Below, one piece after another: positions 20,554-31,236 of a DNA stretch of 64,000 nucleotides; positions within the stretch are counted from its first letter, which is position 1, and every line of letters begins with the position of its first letter. This DNA comes from Waterburya sp. GTDB lineage: Bacteria; Cyanobacteriota; Cyanobacteriia; Cyanobacteriales; Xenococcaceae. The translations under genes were made by a program, and so were the position numbers. The notes under the pieces are model-generated. The model saw nothing but the letters and a program-made list of their open reading frames with translations, was not told the origin of the DNA and made no database searches. The DNA lies in NCBI GenBank assembly GCA_965217895.1, contig CBDCJV010000002.1, positions 4,576,001 through 4,640,000 of the forward strand, read 5' to 3'.

Positions 20554-21249
20554 TTACTTACCTTGATTCGATTGAGGCGGCTGTGTATTTGTGGGGGAAT
20601 TTGGGGTTGATTCTGGTTTGGGAACAGGTTTAGTTTTTGTAGTTTGATTGAGAGTTGGTTTAGGCGTATTGATCTCAGGAGGTGGTATGACAAAGAATGC
20701 CCCTGCTGCCATCGCCAAGCTGGTAAAGCCAACTACTATAGGAGTTAACCTTTGTGCCAAAGGTTGTTCTGGTTGACGATAACGCTTACTTACAGACTGT
20801 AGTTCTAGACTCATATCTGGCAAGGCAGTCCGATCTGCATAAAATTGATCGATCGCATCTACCAAATCAAATAATTCTACCGTAGTTAAATTAACCTCTG
20901 TTCTAGTTTCTTCTCCTCCTGGTTTTGGCTCATAGGTCAAACGATGGCAATGTTGCTCGGCAACTTGTTCAATCGATATTCGGGGGTATTGGCTAGTTTC
21001 TTTATTGGGCTGAGACAGTCCACTCAAAAATCCTTGAGCGTAGTTACTGACAGCCTTAGACAGGTTTGCCAAGAAAACGCTACCACCACTCAACTGTTGA
21101 TTAGAATTAAAAAAGCTGCATTCGGCATTAATCAAAATAGACATAGGAGATTTTCCATCCAAAATATCAACGCTCTGGGGATCGACATTCTCCATGCCTT
21201 CTAAAACTAAATTGCAGTTGGGTAGGCTGTACTGTCGTTTAGTGTTCAT
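20554..21249 (-). CDS. DUF4335 family protein (short form)
   Basis: RQYSLPNCNLVLEG, LTTVELFDLVDAIDQF, TM helix, Pro/Thr-rich tail. Confidence 0.82.
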   Translation of the reverse strand: MNTKRQYSLPNCNLVLEGMENVDPQSVDILDGKSPMSILINAECSFFNSNQQLSGGSVFLANLSKAVSNYAQGFLSGLSQPNKETSQYPRISIEQVAEQHCHRLTYEPKPGGEETRTEVNLTTVELFDLVDAIDQFYADRTALPDMSLELQSVSKRYRQPEQPLAQRLTPIVVGFTSLAMAAGAFFVIPPPEINTPKPTLNQTTKTKPVPKPESTPNSPTNTQPPQSNQGK

Positions 21250-21875
21250 GCCACTTCTCCATCAAATAAACTAAACCAAACTCGCTCTAGCCCTCTTGTT
21301 CCCGTACAAAACAGCAGCTTGTTTAATAGGGATAAAGCTAGTTCATTTAACTGCTCTTCCGAGGCAATGTATGCAGACACTTTGGCACGGCGAGAGTTCA
21401 TACGACTGCGAAAATGGGCGCGGAATCTTTCTAAATACTCTGAAAGACGAAAATGATTATCAACTGGCAGATTTTTTACTCGCATTTGCTGTTCGGCTAC
21501 GAGTAGTTGTCTAATAATTATCATTAGATCTTTGGCTCGATAACCTGCAATAATTACTAGTGCCTTAGCCTGTTCCAAACTTAGATAATCTCTTGTATAG
21601 GAACGTCTCCAAGGGTTACTACAGCGCAAACGCCAAAGGTTAACGCGATTCTTAACAATTTTATCTATGCCCAACTGTCTTGCCATCGCCAGCATCTGTT
21701 CTGATGCACCCAATTCTAAAGCCTCTAGAGCAAGCAACAGTAAGTCAATTTGCTGCTGGGTATGAGGAGAACAACCCTTAGAAGGAAGATATATATCTGG
21801 TAAGGTATTTAAGACTGAAGCCGATTGCTCCACTGGTACGGGAAAATCGGATTCTAAACTTGCAGATTGGCTCAT
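21246..21875 (-). CDS. DUF3038 family protein
   Basis: IDLLLLALEAL, LWRLRCSNPWRR, LLFCTGTRGLERVWFSLFDGEV. Confidence 0.85.
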   Translation of the reverse strand: MSQSASLESDFPVPVEQSASVLNTLPDIYLPSKGCSPHTQQQIDLLLLALEALELGASEQMLAMARQLGIDKIVKNRVNLWRLRCSNPWRRSYTRDYLSLEQAKALVIIAGYRAKDLMIIIRQLLVAEQQMRVKNLPVDNHFRLSEYLERFRAHFRSRMNSRRAKVSAYIASEEQLNELALSLLNKLLFCTGTRGLERVWFSLFDGEVA

Positions 21876-22006
21876 TATAAAATCAAATCCATATTCTTGT
21901 TATATATATTATTCTCTGTCGAGGATAACAAATTAATCTCTGGTGCTATGATGCCACAGCTATTGAAAACAAAGACTAATTTAACCTACTTTATTGACGT
22001 TTATTT

Positions 22007-22525
22007 ATGAAACTACAGTCTCTAATCCGCGACATTCCCGATTTTCCCCAGCCAGGGATTATTTTTCGAGACATTACTACTTTATTAAATAATCCTCAAG
22101 GCTTAAGATATACCATCGATTTGTTAACGCAAAAGTGCCGAGACGCAAATTTAGTACCAGACTACATTGTAGGTATGGAATCACGAGGCTTTATTTTTGC
22201 CACTCCTTTAGCTTATCAACTAAATGCTGGCTTTGTCCCTGTACGCAAACCTGACAAACTGCCAGCCTCAGTTTATTCAGTTACTTACGAACTCGAATAC
22301 GGCACTGATAGTCTAGAGATTCATCAAGATGCGATCGCTCCTGGAGCAAAAGTTTTAATTGTCGATGATTTATTGGCTACGGGAGGAACAGCCAAGGCTA
22401 CTTGCGAATTATTAACTAAAATAAAGGCAAAAACTATCGGCTGTGCCTTCGTCATCGAGCTAACAGCTTTAGGGGGCAGACAAAAGCTACCTAATCTGCC
22501 AATTATCAATTTAGTTGAGTATTAA
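22007..22525 (+). CDS. apt: Adenine phosphoribosyltransferase
   Basis: [37 protein letters not shown]. Confidence 0.97.
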   Translation: MKLQSLIRDIPDFPQPGIIFRDITTLLNNPQGLRYTIDLLTQKCRDANLVPDYIVGMESRGFIFATPLAYQLNAGFVPVRKPDKLPASVYSVTYELEYGTDSLEIHQDAIAPGAKVLIVDDLLATGGTAKATCELLTKIKAKTIGCAFVIELTALGGRQKLPNLPIINLVEY

Positions 22526-22812
22526 AGCTGATTGATTAGGTGAGCGGTGGTTTACAATATTTCTCAGCTAAAGACACCGTAGCTTTTTAGCTATGTTGGC
22601 GATCGCTCTAATTGGTCAATTAGCTCATTTTAATGTTTATTTAAACCTACGTTGGGGTATAGTAATCATGAATTTTAATAGTTTCGCGATCGTCAAATCC
22701 TAGAGTGACTGTACTGTTTAAGAGTTGACAAAAACGGAGTCAAAGCCACAATAGCGAGTATAGAATTATCTATATTTTTGATTCAGGAATTATTGCAAAT
22801 AAGGAGTGAGGA

Positions 22813-24555
22813 GTGGGTAAGACAAATCAATTTATTAAAACTGTAGGTATAAGCTCAGTAATATTAGTTACCAACGCAGCTATAGCTAGTGCGCAAAATA
22901 TAGCCAGTCATGATTCTAGTAATTTAGTTGGCAAAAATCCAACTACTAATGAGAAAAAAAATATAGCATCTGATAATGGTAGTGGGTTGCCTCCATCGAT
23001 TTTACCAGACAGAAAAAATAGCCACTTATCTAATTCAGATGCTGTATTTCTAGAGCTAACATCGGGGAAAGTGGCTCAATCTTCAGGTTCAACTTCAGAT
23101 GCGACGGCAGATATTATGAAACCTGCACAAAAACCAATTATTAATCTAAATCGACTCAACCCTAGCCCCAATCCGCTTTCATTTCCTACTAAACCAAATG
23201 AGGTAAAAGTTGATACTCAAAAACCAATTACTCTAGAACAGGCGATTGAATTATCTCTCAAAAACAATAAACAGATAGAGGAAGCTAGGATTCAAATAGA
23301 GCGATCGCAAGCAGCAGTCAGACAAGCAAAGGCAGCACTATTTCCCACTGCTACTTTTAGTACTGGATTTAGTTATGGTAACTCTGTCTTCCTTGATAGT
23401 ATCAATGACCAAATAATCAATCAACGGGTAGATAATGCCCCACCAGGTACAACTAGACAACAGGTAGAAGACCAACTATCTCTAGGTAGCATCTCTGGTA
23501 GTAATTTTAGCAATCAAACATCTAGCTTTAATACAGATGTAAGCCTCAACTATAATATTTACGATGGTGGCAATAGAGGAGCTTCTATTCGTGCAGCCGA
23601 AAAACAACTACGTAGCACGGAGTTAAATTTAGAAGTCACTGTCGAGCAGGCTCGTTTTGAAACCGCAAGAGACTATTATAGTCTGCAAAACTCTGACGCT
23701 CAGGTAAAGATTGAAGAGGCTGCCGTGGCAGATGCCCGACAAACCCTAAAGGATGCCAGATTGCTAGAAAAAGCGGGTTTAGGCACAAAATTTGACGTAT
23801 TGCGTGCAGAAGTAGAATTGGCACAGGCACAACAAAGACTAACTACGGCTCAAGCCAATCAAAATATTGCTCGCAGACAGCTAGCAGAAACCCTCAGTGT
23901 TTCCCATAATACTGGTCTAGCCACGGCAGATCCCATCGCCGAAGCTGGAATTTGGAAGCTTTCTCTACCACAATCAATTGTTCAAGCATTTAAAAACCGT
24001 GCTGAATTAGAGCAATTATTGTTACAAAGAGAAATTAGTGCCGAACAACGTCAGGTTGCTTTATCTCAAATCAGACCAACGTTAGGAGCAACTGCTCAAT
24101 ATCAAATAAGAGATGACTTCGAGGATAGTTTTAATCCCAACGATGACTATGCAGTAGGTTTAAACATCCGGTGGTTATTTTTTGATGGTGGTGCTGCTCG
24201 TGCTGGCGCGCAACAATCAGAAAAAGATATTGAAATCGCCCAAACTCAGTTCGCCGATCAGCGCAATTTGATTCGTTTTGCCGTAGAACAAGCTTATTTT
24301 GGTCTAGAATCTAACAAGAGAAATATAGGGACGGCTACCAAAGAAGTGGAACTAGCAGTAGAAAGTCTGCGATTAGCTAGATTACGTTTTCAAGCTGGTG
24401 TAGGTACTCAGACAGATGTAATTGATGCTCAAACTCAGTTAACTACTGCTCGTGGAAACCTATTATCTTCAATTATTGACTACAATCAGTCTTACGCTCA
24501 ATTACAAAGAGGGGTTTCTAATACTCCTGACGATGGTTTACAAGATTTGCCATAA
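22813..24555 (+). CDS. tolC: TolC-family outer membrane efflux protein
   Basis: GTG start after AGGAG; signal peptide; two OEP repeats (AGLGTKFDVLRAE, RFQAGVGTQTDV). Confidence 0.9.
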   Translation: MGKTNQFIKTVGISSVILVTNAAIASAQNIASHDSSNLVGKNPTTNEKKNIASDNGSGLPPSILPDRKNSHLSNSDAVFLELTSGKVAQSSGSTSDATADIMKPAQKPIINLNRLNPSPNPLSFPTKPNEVKVDTQKPITLEQAIELSLKNNKQIEEARIQIERSQAAVRQAKAALFPTATFSTGFSYGNSVFLDSINDQIINQRVDNAPPGTTRQQVEDQLSLGSISGSNFSNQTSSFNTDVSLNYNIYDGGNRGASIRAAEKQLRSTELNLEVTVEQARFETARDYYSLQNSDAQVKIEEAAVADARQTLKDARLLEKAGLGTKFDVLRAEVELAQAQQRLTTAQANQNIARRQLAETLSVSHNTGLATADPIAEAGIWKLSLPQSIVQAFKNRAELEQLLLQREISAEQRQVALSQIRPTLGATAQYQIRDDFEDSFNPNDDYAVGLNIRWLFFDGGAARAGAQQSEKDIEIAQTQFADQRNLIRFAVEQAYFGLESNKRNIGTATKEVELAVESLRLARLRFQAGVGTQTDVIDAQTQLTTARGNLLSSIIDYNQSYAQLQRGVSNTPDDGLQDLP

Positions 24556-24565
24556 TATCTTTCTT

Positions 24566-24709
24566 GGCGTTGCTGATTAAGTAATATCGTACAAAAGATT
24601 ACTGTCCGTAGCTATAAGCCTTAAGCTCTTAGCTATAAGCTTTTTTAAATCAAACTCTATTTTTGAAGAGACAAAATAATGCTTCATAGCATTACAATTC
24701 AGCAACGCC
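24566..24709. mobile_element. MITE, GGCGTTGCTGA-ended family
   Basis: GGCGTTGCTGATT ... AATTCAGCAACGCC; degenerate flanking duplication TTTCTT. Confidence 0.7.
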
Positions 24710-24733
24710 ATTTTCTTTAGTTATTTATTTTGC

Positions 24734-26035
24734 ATGAAGGTCAATAAAATCAATGGCTTGTTAAATAACTATTCTCAACAAAGCTCAGATTGGACATGGT
24801 TATGTTTTAGTCTCAGTATTTTGCTTCTACCACTTTTTCCTATCTTAGGAACATTGGGGCTATTGATAATAATCATCAAGTCTGGACAAGATAATTTACC
24901 TAAAATCATAGCCAATCGCCATAACCAAGCCCTGGCTATATTGTCTATTTTATTTATTGTCAGTTCGGCTTTGGCAGAGCAACCAAAGGAAGCTTGGCTA
25001 GGGCTAGCTAATTTTCTGCCATTTTTTTTACTGTTTGCAGCTTTAAAACCTTTAATCAGGCATCCCATTCAGCTAAAGCAGCTATCTTGGTTGCTAATCC
25101 TTCCTTCCTTGCCAATTATAGTTTTAGGATTTGGTCAGCTATTTGCTGGCTGGCATACTCCTCCTTTGGTAAAGTTTATTTTAGGTTGGAAGCTAGTTGC
25201 CCAAGGAGTGCCGACAGGAAGAATGTCAGCAGTATTTAACTATACTAATTTTCTGGCTATTTATCTGGCGATCGCCTTTAGTTTAGCTTTAGGATTATGG
25301 TTAGATACTTGGCAAGCTTGGCGAAAAAATCCAGCTAATAAACAGCTTCAGATATTATCATTGCTTACCGTAATTTTGCTAGCAGATATTAGCGGGTTAG
25401 TTCTTACTAGTTCTCGCAACGCCTGGGGTCTAGCTGCGATTAGCTTTATGGCTTACGCTGCATATATGGGTTGGCGTTGGCTAATATATGGCGTGAGTAG
25501 TGCTGCAACAGCAATTCTTTGGGCATCTTTTGCCCCTAACCTAGGCGGCACTCAATTAAGAAAGGTTGTTCCGAGCTTTTTTTGGGCGAGACTATCAGAT
25601 CGAGATTATCAACGCCCTGTAGAAACTCTACGCATTACCCTATGGGAATTCTGCTGGGATCTAATCAAACAACGCCCTTTATTTGGTTGGGGTTTGAGAA
25701 ACTTTACTCCTCTCTACGAAGCCAAAACAAATTTTTGGTTCGGACATCCCCACAATTTATTTTTAATGCTCGGTGCAGAGACAGGAATTATTGCTGTTTT
25801 ATTAATTGTTTGTATTGTTGGCTCAATTATGGCTGGTGGGGTAAAATTGCTTCTCGATTGGTCTACAGATGATTTTAGGCTGATCTTTTTTAGCTATCTA
25901 GTCAGCTTTACGTGCTGCATTCTTTTTAATCTTTTTGATGTGACTATTTTCGATTTACGAGTAAATGTTATTGGCTGGGTACTTCTTTCTGCTATTAGTG
26001 GTGTAATTACGGCAGAACAATCAGCCAAAGCATAG
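24734..26035 (+). CDS. O-antigen ligase (Wzy_C) family membrane protein
   Basis: Polytopic; LTSSRNAW, RPLFGWG, HPHNLFL. Confidence 0.88.
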   Translation: MKVNKINGLLNNYSQQSSDWTWLCFSLSILLLPLFPILGTLGLLIIIIKSGQDNLPKIIANRHNQALAILSILFIVSSALAEQPKEAWLGLANFLPFFLLFAALKPLIRHPIQLKQLSWLLILPSLPIIVLGFGQLFAGWHTPPLVKFILGWKLVAQGVPTGRMSAVFNYTNFLAIYLAIAFSLALGLWLDTWQAWRKNPANKQLQILSLLTVILLADISGLVLTSSRNAWGLAAISFMAYAAYMGWRWLIYGVSSAATAILWASFAPNLGGTQLRKVVPSFFWARLSDRDYQRPVETLRITLWEFCWDLIKQRPLFGWGLRNFTPLYEAKTNFWFGHPHNLFLMLGAETGIIAVLLIVCIVGSIMAGGVKLLLDWSTDDFRLIFFSYLVSFTCCILFNLFDVTIFDLRVNVIGWVLLSAISGVITAEQSAKA

Positions 26036-26139
26036 TTTAATAAATTATGCACATCCAAACAATACTGTTTTAGTTATCGGCTTTTTTTGGGATAGTAAAT
26101 AAATGGTGAAGCAATTGATTGATTCACTGCTCATTGAAA

Positions 26140-26853
26140 ATGGAAATACTTATTGTTGAAGACGAACAAGAAATTGCTCAACTAATTGAACAAACTTTGA
26201 CCAGAGAAAGTTTTGCTTGTCGTGTTGCTCATGATGGATTGACTGCACTAGAGATATTTAGGCAGCAGCAGCCAGATTTAGTAATTCTCGATTTAATGCT
26301 TCCTGGTTTAGATGGATTGGAAGTGTGTACCCGCATTCGCCAGCAGCCATATAACAAAGATCCCTATATCTTAATGCTCACAGCTAGAGGAGAAGAAATA
26401 GATCGAGTCATTGGGCTTTCTACTGGAGCGGATGATTATTTAGTCAAGCCATTTAGCCCTAGAGAATTGGTTGCTAGGGTTCGAGCTTTATTAAGGCGTA
26501 GTTTGCGCCATGACGTACAGGAAACATCTCAGATTTATCGCACTAAACATTTTTCCGTCGATCTAGATCAACATTTAGCAACAAGACAGTTAGATACCCA
26601 AACTCCTGACGAACTAGACTTAACGACTTTAGAGTTTAATTTATTAGCCACCTTTTTAAGCTATCCTGGTCGAGTTTGGAGTCGTACCCAACTAATCGAT
26701 AAACTTTGGGGCAATGACTTTTTTGGCGATGAAAGGGTTGTTGATACCCATATTAGAAGACTGCGTAAAAAAATTGAGCCAGATTCAGCCAATCCTACAT
26801 TTGTCAAAACAGTGGTAGGAGTTGGCTATAAGTTTGAAGATGATAACGTTTAA
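26140..26853 (+). CDS. OmpR-family response regulator
   Basis: Receiver ILIVEDE / LDLMLPG / KPF; winged helix RVVDTHIRRLRKKIE, GVGYKF. Confidence 0.95.
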   Translation: MEILIVEDEQEIAQLIEQTLTRESFACRVAHDGLTALEIFRQQQPDLVILDLMLPGLDGLEVCTRIRQQPYNKDPYILMLTARGEEIDRVIGLSTGADDYLVKPFSPRELVARVRALLRRSLRHDVQETSQIYRTKHFSVDLDQHLATRQLDTQTPDELDLTTLEFNLLATFLSYPGRVWSRTQLIDKLWGNDFFGDERVVDTHIRRLRKKIEPDSANPTFVKTVVGVGYKFEDDNV

Positions 26854-26861
26854 TTAACCAC

Positions 26862-26921
26862 AAAAAGAGAAATCTGAAGGCAGGACTAAATTCCTACATA
26901 CATTGTTTCAGATCCCTCTTT
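26862..26921. terminator. Inverted repeat between convergent genes (possible bidirectional terminator)
   Basis: AAGAGAAATCTGAA ... TTCAGATCCCTCTT. Confidence 0.4.
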
Positions 26922-26954
26922 GAGATTAATTCTGTCTAGTTATTGGTAACTAAC

Positions 26955-27137
26955 TTATTTATCAGTTTCGGGTTTGGCTGTCCCAGCACAGGGATTAGCA
27001 GTTCCATCAGCAGGGGCAGTTTGAGTTGCATCATCACCAGTGTTAGTTCCACCAGAGTCAGGAGTAGCACAAGAAGTCACTAAACCTAAACTTAATACGG
27101 ATGCAGCAGCTAAACTTCCCAGATATTTAACTTTCAT
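26955..27137 (-). CDS. Small lipoprotein with NPCAG motif
   Basis: AGGAG SD upstream, signal peptide with lipobox VTS-C, low-complexity mature part. Confidence 0.7.
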   Translation of the reverse strand: MKVKYLGSLAAASVLSLGLVTSCATPDSGGTNTGDDATQTAPADGTANPCAGTAKPETDK

Positions 27138-27705
27138 ATTTTTCTCCTATTGTAAATCTTTATTGCGACTATTTTCTTGAAACAATTCTAATATTGCCCA
27201 TAGTACATACAAGGTAATCTAACCAAACCTTTGAAAAATTCCTGATAAGGTTCGGCTAATTTAACCAAATTGTCGGTTTAAGCATAAAGTGAAATATTTA
27301 TGACGAAAACGCTAGGATTTCAGGTTACTCAAGTTAAACATATTAAGAATAACCTGAAATCTTAACTACTTTTTAAATAATAAGTTGAAATTTTATAAAG
27401 TAGTTATATTTACAAAACTCTTAAATGCTTATGGTATATACACTTTAGCCTCGAATAAACTACTGTTTAATATTTAATCGACAACCAAAAAATAAAACCT
27501 TAAATCATTCAGAGCAGAACTGAAGTTATAATAGCGTAAATTTTAGAAATCAGCTTTAATTGAGTTTGCTGGAGTAAAATCAAATCTGTCCGTATTAAGT
27601 ATGAGCTATAAATATTTACAAATCTAAATGTATTGAGAAAAAATTAATTATGCTAAATCTGTTTCTGATTTAAGAGTAAACTTTAACTGGCGATCGCAAT
27701 TGACC

Positions 27706-30700
27706 CTACTGCACCAATTCCGTAATTACAGTTATTAACTCAGGAATATTAATTGGTTTGGCAAGATGTCGATTAAATCCCGCATCCAAAGAAAGTTGCT
27801 GATTTACTTCTCCAGCATAAGCCGTAAGAGCGATCGCTGGAATATTTTTTCCTTGAGACAGGTTGCGAATTTGACTCATCAGAGTATAACCATCAGTTTT
27901 GGGCATACCAATATCACTAACAATTAAATCGGGTGTTGATTTATTTAGGGCTTCTAGGGCTGATGCTGCTGATGCTACCGATATTACTGATGCACCCTCT
28001 TGTTTTAGAACCAAAGTGAGTATATCCAGCGAGTCTACTTCGTCATCTACTACCAATATTTTGATACCGCTAAAGCGATTAGGCTTTACCGATAGATCGA
28101 TAGGATTAATATCTATTGCTTCTGTAGGTGTATTCATAAGTGGTAATTTGACGCTAAATATCGTCCCTTTTCCCTTTCCCTCACTGGCAACGGCAACTGT
28201 TCCGCCGTGTAGTTCGCTTAAGTGACGCACTATGGCTAAACCCAAACCCAATCCGCCAAACTGTCTAGTGTTCCCACCTTCTGCCTGACGAAAGCGATCG
28301 AATACATAAGGTAGAAATTCTGAATCAATTCCCTGTCCCGTATCTTGAACTTCTAGTGATGCCCGTTTACCTATTTTGCTTAACTTAACTAAAACTCGAC
28401 CACCTTCTGGAGTGAATTTAATAGCGTTAGAAACTAGATTCCAGATGATCTGCTGTAAACGACTCGCATCTCCCGCAACCTGTCCGATATTGGGTTCAAA
28501 TTCAGTTTCAATTTGAATTGATTTGGCATCGGCTGCTAATTGAACTGTAGTTAGTGCCGATTTAATAACCATTTCAAGATCGAGAGGAGTTTTATTTAAA
28601 TTTAGCTTACCCCGCAAGATTCTCGAAACATCTAGCAAATCGTCAATCAATTGTGCCTGAAGTTTGGCATTACGTTCAATTATAGTAATCCCCGCTGCCA
28701 TTTTTTCTGAGTCAAGTCTGCCAGAAGCCAGTAATTGTGACCAGCCGAGAATAGGATTAAGAGGAGTACGTAGTTCATGAGAAACAATTGCCAAAAACTC
28801 GTCTTTTAGCTGGTTGGCTTCGATCAAATCTTCCGTTTGCTGCCGTAGTCTTTGTTCTAATTCTTTAATTCGAGTAATGCTGGTATTTGTACCATACCAC
28901 TTAATAATTTCTCCCTGTTCGTTGCGCAATGGTCTGGCTTTGACTAAAAACCAGCGATATACTCCGTCTACACCGCGCAAGCGAACCTCTATATTATATT
29001 TCTTACCCGAACTTACTGATTCATTCCAACTTTTCAGAACTCTGGCTGAATCTTCGGGATGCAGAATAATTTTCCAACCGCTATTAATTGTATTCTCTAA
29101 AGGGATTCCCGTATAATCTATCCAGCGTTGATTAAAATAGTCTACTTCACCTTTTGCTGTTGCCGTCCAGATCTGCTGGGGAATGACTTCAGTTGTTAGC
29201 TTAAGCTCATGTTCCCTTTGCATTAGAGCCTGTTTACTGGCTTCGCGATCGCTAATATCAATACCAGAGGGAATCAGATACTCTACCTTGCCATTGTTAT
29301 CAAACAAGGGAATGAGAGAAAAGTCGATCACAATGTAGTTTTCTGCCCCTAAGCGAACTTGAACATCATAATGAACTGTTTCTCCTGCTGCTGCTCGTTT
29401 AATTGCTTCATTTAATTGTGCTTGGCTTTGGGTCGAATAAGACCACCAGTAAGCTTGGGTAAAGGGTTTCCCTAAAACATCCTCTGGTTGCAGATTGGCA
29501 GCGTCTAAAGCGGTACGATTGGCTTCAATCAAGATCCCATTAGGAGTCATTACGCCGACAAAGGTATATAGACTGTCTAGAACTCTTTTCAAATGCTGTT
29601 CGCTATCGCGAATTTTTAATTCTATCCGTTTGCGATCGCTAATATCTTGTACCGTACCCATCATGCGCACTGGTTGGCCTATCTGGTTATAAAAACCTCT
29701 ACCTTTAGCTACGATCCAGTGAACGCTACCATCTGACCAGACAACGCGATATTCGATATTGTAATCTGTTTGATTAGCTAAAGCCTCCTCAACTGCCTGA
29801 TTAGTGCGATCGCGATCTTCGGGATGGAGCGTCTGAATAAATCTTGCGTAGCTCAATTCGGCATCAGCAGTCAGTCCAAACAGAGCTTTACACTGAGAGG
29901 TAAACTCTAACTCATCCTCCACCAAATCCCAAAACCACATACCGATGCCAGATGCCACTGTAGCTAGCTTTAATCGTTCTTCGCTTTCTTTTAAAGCTAT
30001 TTCGACTTGTTGACGATTGGTGATATCCCTGGCAATACCCAATATCTGCTCTACCTTACCTTCAGCAGTACGGCTATATACTCTATCTTGGCTGCAAAAC
30101 CAACGCCATTCGCCATTTTGGTGACGCATTCGATATTCAAGTTTGCATACTTCTCCTGGTTGCGATCGCTCTAGCTTTTCTAGGTGAGGAGGAAAAAAAG
30201 CTCTATCTTGAGGGTGCATGACCTGAGTTATAAATTCTTGCCCCATTTCCAGAATTTCTTCTGGAGTATAGCCTAAAGAATTGTATGCCTGGGAATTAAT
30301 ATAAAGATTGCGTTGAGAAATTGCGTCGAATATGTATAGTACTCCAGGAATAGCATCGGCAAATAGCTTGAAATCCTTGCTTAACTCTAACTTTTGCGGA
30401 TTTTCCCCATCGCGATCGCTTTTGGTTGCGGTAATATCTCTAAAGGTTGTCACTACTCCTGATGGGCGATCGCAGTCTCCTGAAAATAAAGGCTGAGAAT
30501 TTAGTGAAAGCCATACCAAGCTACCATCTGGCTGATAAAATTCCATCTCCTCATCAGCAAACTGCCCTGTTTCTAGAGCAGTTACCACGCTTTTAGAGTT
30601 ACCAAAGGCGATCGCTATATTTGAAGCAGCAAACCCAATCATTTCCCGAGCCGAATAACCTAATATCCTTTCTGCATCTCTATTACAGCTTTGAATACTA

Positions 30701-30771
30701 CCATCAGCTAGCTGAAACAAAATTCCTACTGCTGTAGCCGTATGAGAAATGCTGTTTGAATCTACTTTCAT
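27706..30771 (-). CDS. Cytoplasmic multi-PAS hybrid histidine kinase with receiver domain
   Basis: About 5 PAS/PAC units, H-box SHELRTPL, NAIKFT, DTGQGI, GLGLGL, receiver ILVVDDE...DIGMP. Confidence 0.95.
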   Translation of the reverse strand: MKVDSNSISHTATAVGILFQLADGSIQSCNRDAERILGYSAREMIGFAASNIAIAFGNSKSVVTALETGQFADEEMEFYQPDGSLVWLSLNSQPLFSGDCDRPSGVVTTFRDITATKSDRDGENPQKLELSKDFKLFADAIPGVLYIFDAISQRNLYINSQAYNSLGYTPEEILEMGQEFITQVMHPQDRAFFPPHLEKLERSQPGEVCKLEYRMRHQNGEWRWFCSQDRVYSRTAEGKVEQILGIARDITNRQQVEIALKESEERLKLATVASGIGMWFWDLVEDELEFTSQCKALFGLTADAELSYARFIQTLHPEDRDRTNQAVEEALANQTDYNIEYRVVWSDGSVHWIVAKGRGFYNQIGQPVRMMGTVQDISDRKRIELKIRDSEQHLKRVLDSLYTFVGVMTPNGILIEANRTALDAANLQPEDVLGKPFTQAYWWSYSTQSQAQLNEAIKRAAAGETVHYDVQVRLGAENYIVIDFSLIPLFDNNGKVEYLIPSGIDISDREASKQALMQREHELKLTTEVIPQQIWTATAKGEVDYFNQRWIDYTGIPLENTINSGWKIILHPEDSARVLKSWNESVSSGKKYNIEVRLRGVDGVYRWFLVKARPLRNEQGEIIKWYGTNTSITRIKELEQRLRQQTEDLIEANQLKDEFLAIVSHELRTPLNPILGWSQLLASGRLDSEKMAAGITIIERNAKLQAQLIDDLLDVSRILRGKLNLNKTPLDLEMVIKSALTTVQLAADAKSIQIETEFEPNIGQVAGDASRLQQIIWNLVSNAIKFTPEGGRVLVKLSKIGKRASLEVQDTGQGIDSEFLPYVFDRFRQAEGGNTRQFGGLGLGLAIVRHLSELHGGTVAVASEGKGKGTIFSVKLPLMNTPTEAIDINPIDLSVKPNRFSGIKILVVDDEVDSLDILTLVLKQEGASVISVASAASALEALNKSTPDLIVSDIGMPKTDGYTLMSQIRNLSQGKNIPAIALTAYAGEVNQQLSLDAGFNRHLAKPINIPELITVITELVQ

Positions 30772-31036
30772 GTTGATACTTCGATTACACTGCCAGTAAC
30801 GCTAAATCGATTTTATCTTCATAATCAAATTACTGTTTGATAGCACTTTTACCTAACTGTAAAGAACTAAAAAGAATATTTTAAAACTGTTCTGATAATC
30901 ATTATAAAAATAATATAGCTTTTAGACTATCTAAATTTCTATCTTTGGAAAGATTTTATCTGTTAGGTGATGCCCAATCGTGACAAGCTAAACCGCATCC
31001 AGTTTAAAACCAGGAGTTTTTAAGTTGACTGTTCGT

Positions 31037-31070
31037 AAGTAGCAAGTAGCAAGTAGCAAGTAGCAAGTAG
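31037..31070. repeat. STRR-like heptamer repeat (AAGTAGC, about 5 copies)
   Basis: Direct reading; the same unit recurs near 60064 and inverted near 60296. Confidence 0.8.
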
Positions 31071-31088
31071 AAATTATATCCTGCTGTT

Positions 31089-31186
31089 TGACCAACGGTC
31101 ACAGCAGGCTCCGTCCGTTTAGAAGTCCCCGTGCTGTTCCGTTTAGGAACAGCTTCATGCGGGACGTGGCGGAGTAATCTGTGACT
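31089..31186. repeat. GC-rich small dispersed repeat cluster (TGACCAACGG...CTGTGAC family)
   Basis: Ends shared with inverted copies at 35362-35388 and 49428-49632. Confidence 0.65.
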
Positions 31187-31236
31187 AGCTCAATCTCCGA
31201 TTCAAAAACTACGGTTTTCGTTTGACAGACGGGGTT

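Noticed and set aside
20250..20732. 160-aa minus-strand ORF and other alternative-frame or antisense ORFs in the track
   Set aside because: They overlap well-supported genes in other frames and show no motifs.
27316..27407. Two adjacent inverted repeats (GATTTCAGGTTA/TAACCTGAAATC and TAACTACTTT/AAAGTAGTTA)
   Set aside because: No second copy, TSD or U-tract context seen; function cannot be supported.
27706..30771. Hybrid kinase as a photoreceptor or as partner of the neighbouring OmpR regulator
   Set aside because: No complete LOV motif (GxNCRFLQ) or GAF chromophore site; it is a common PAS-HK-REC type and pairing is unsupported.
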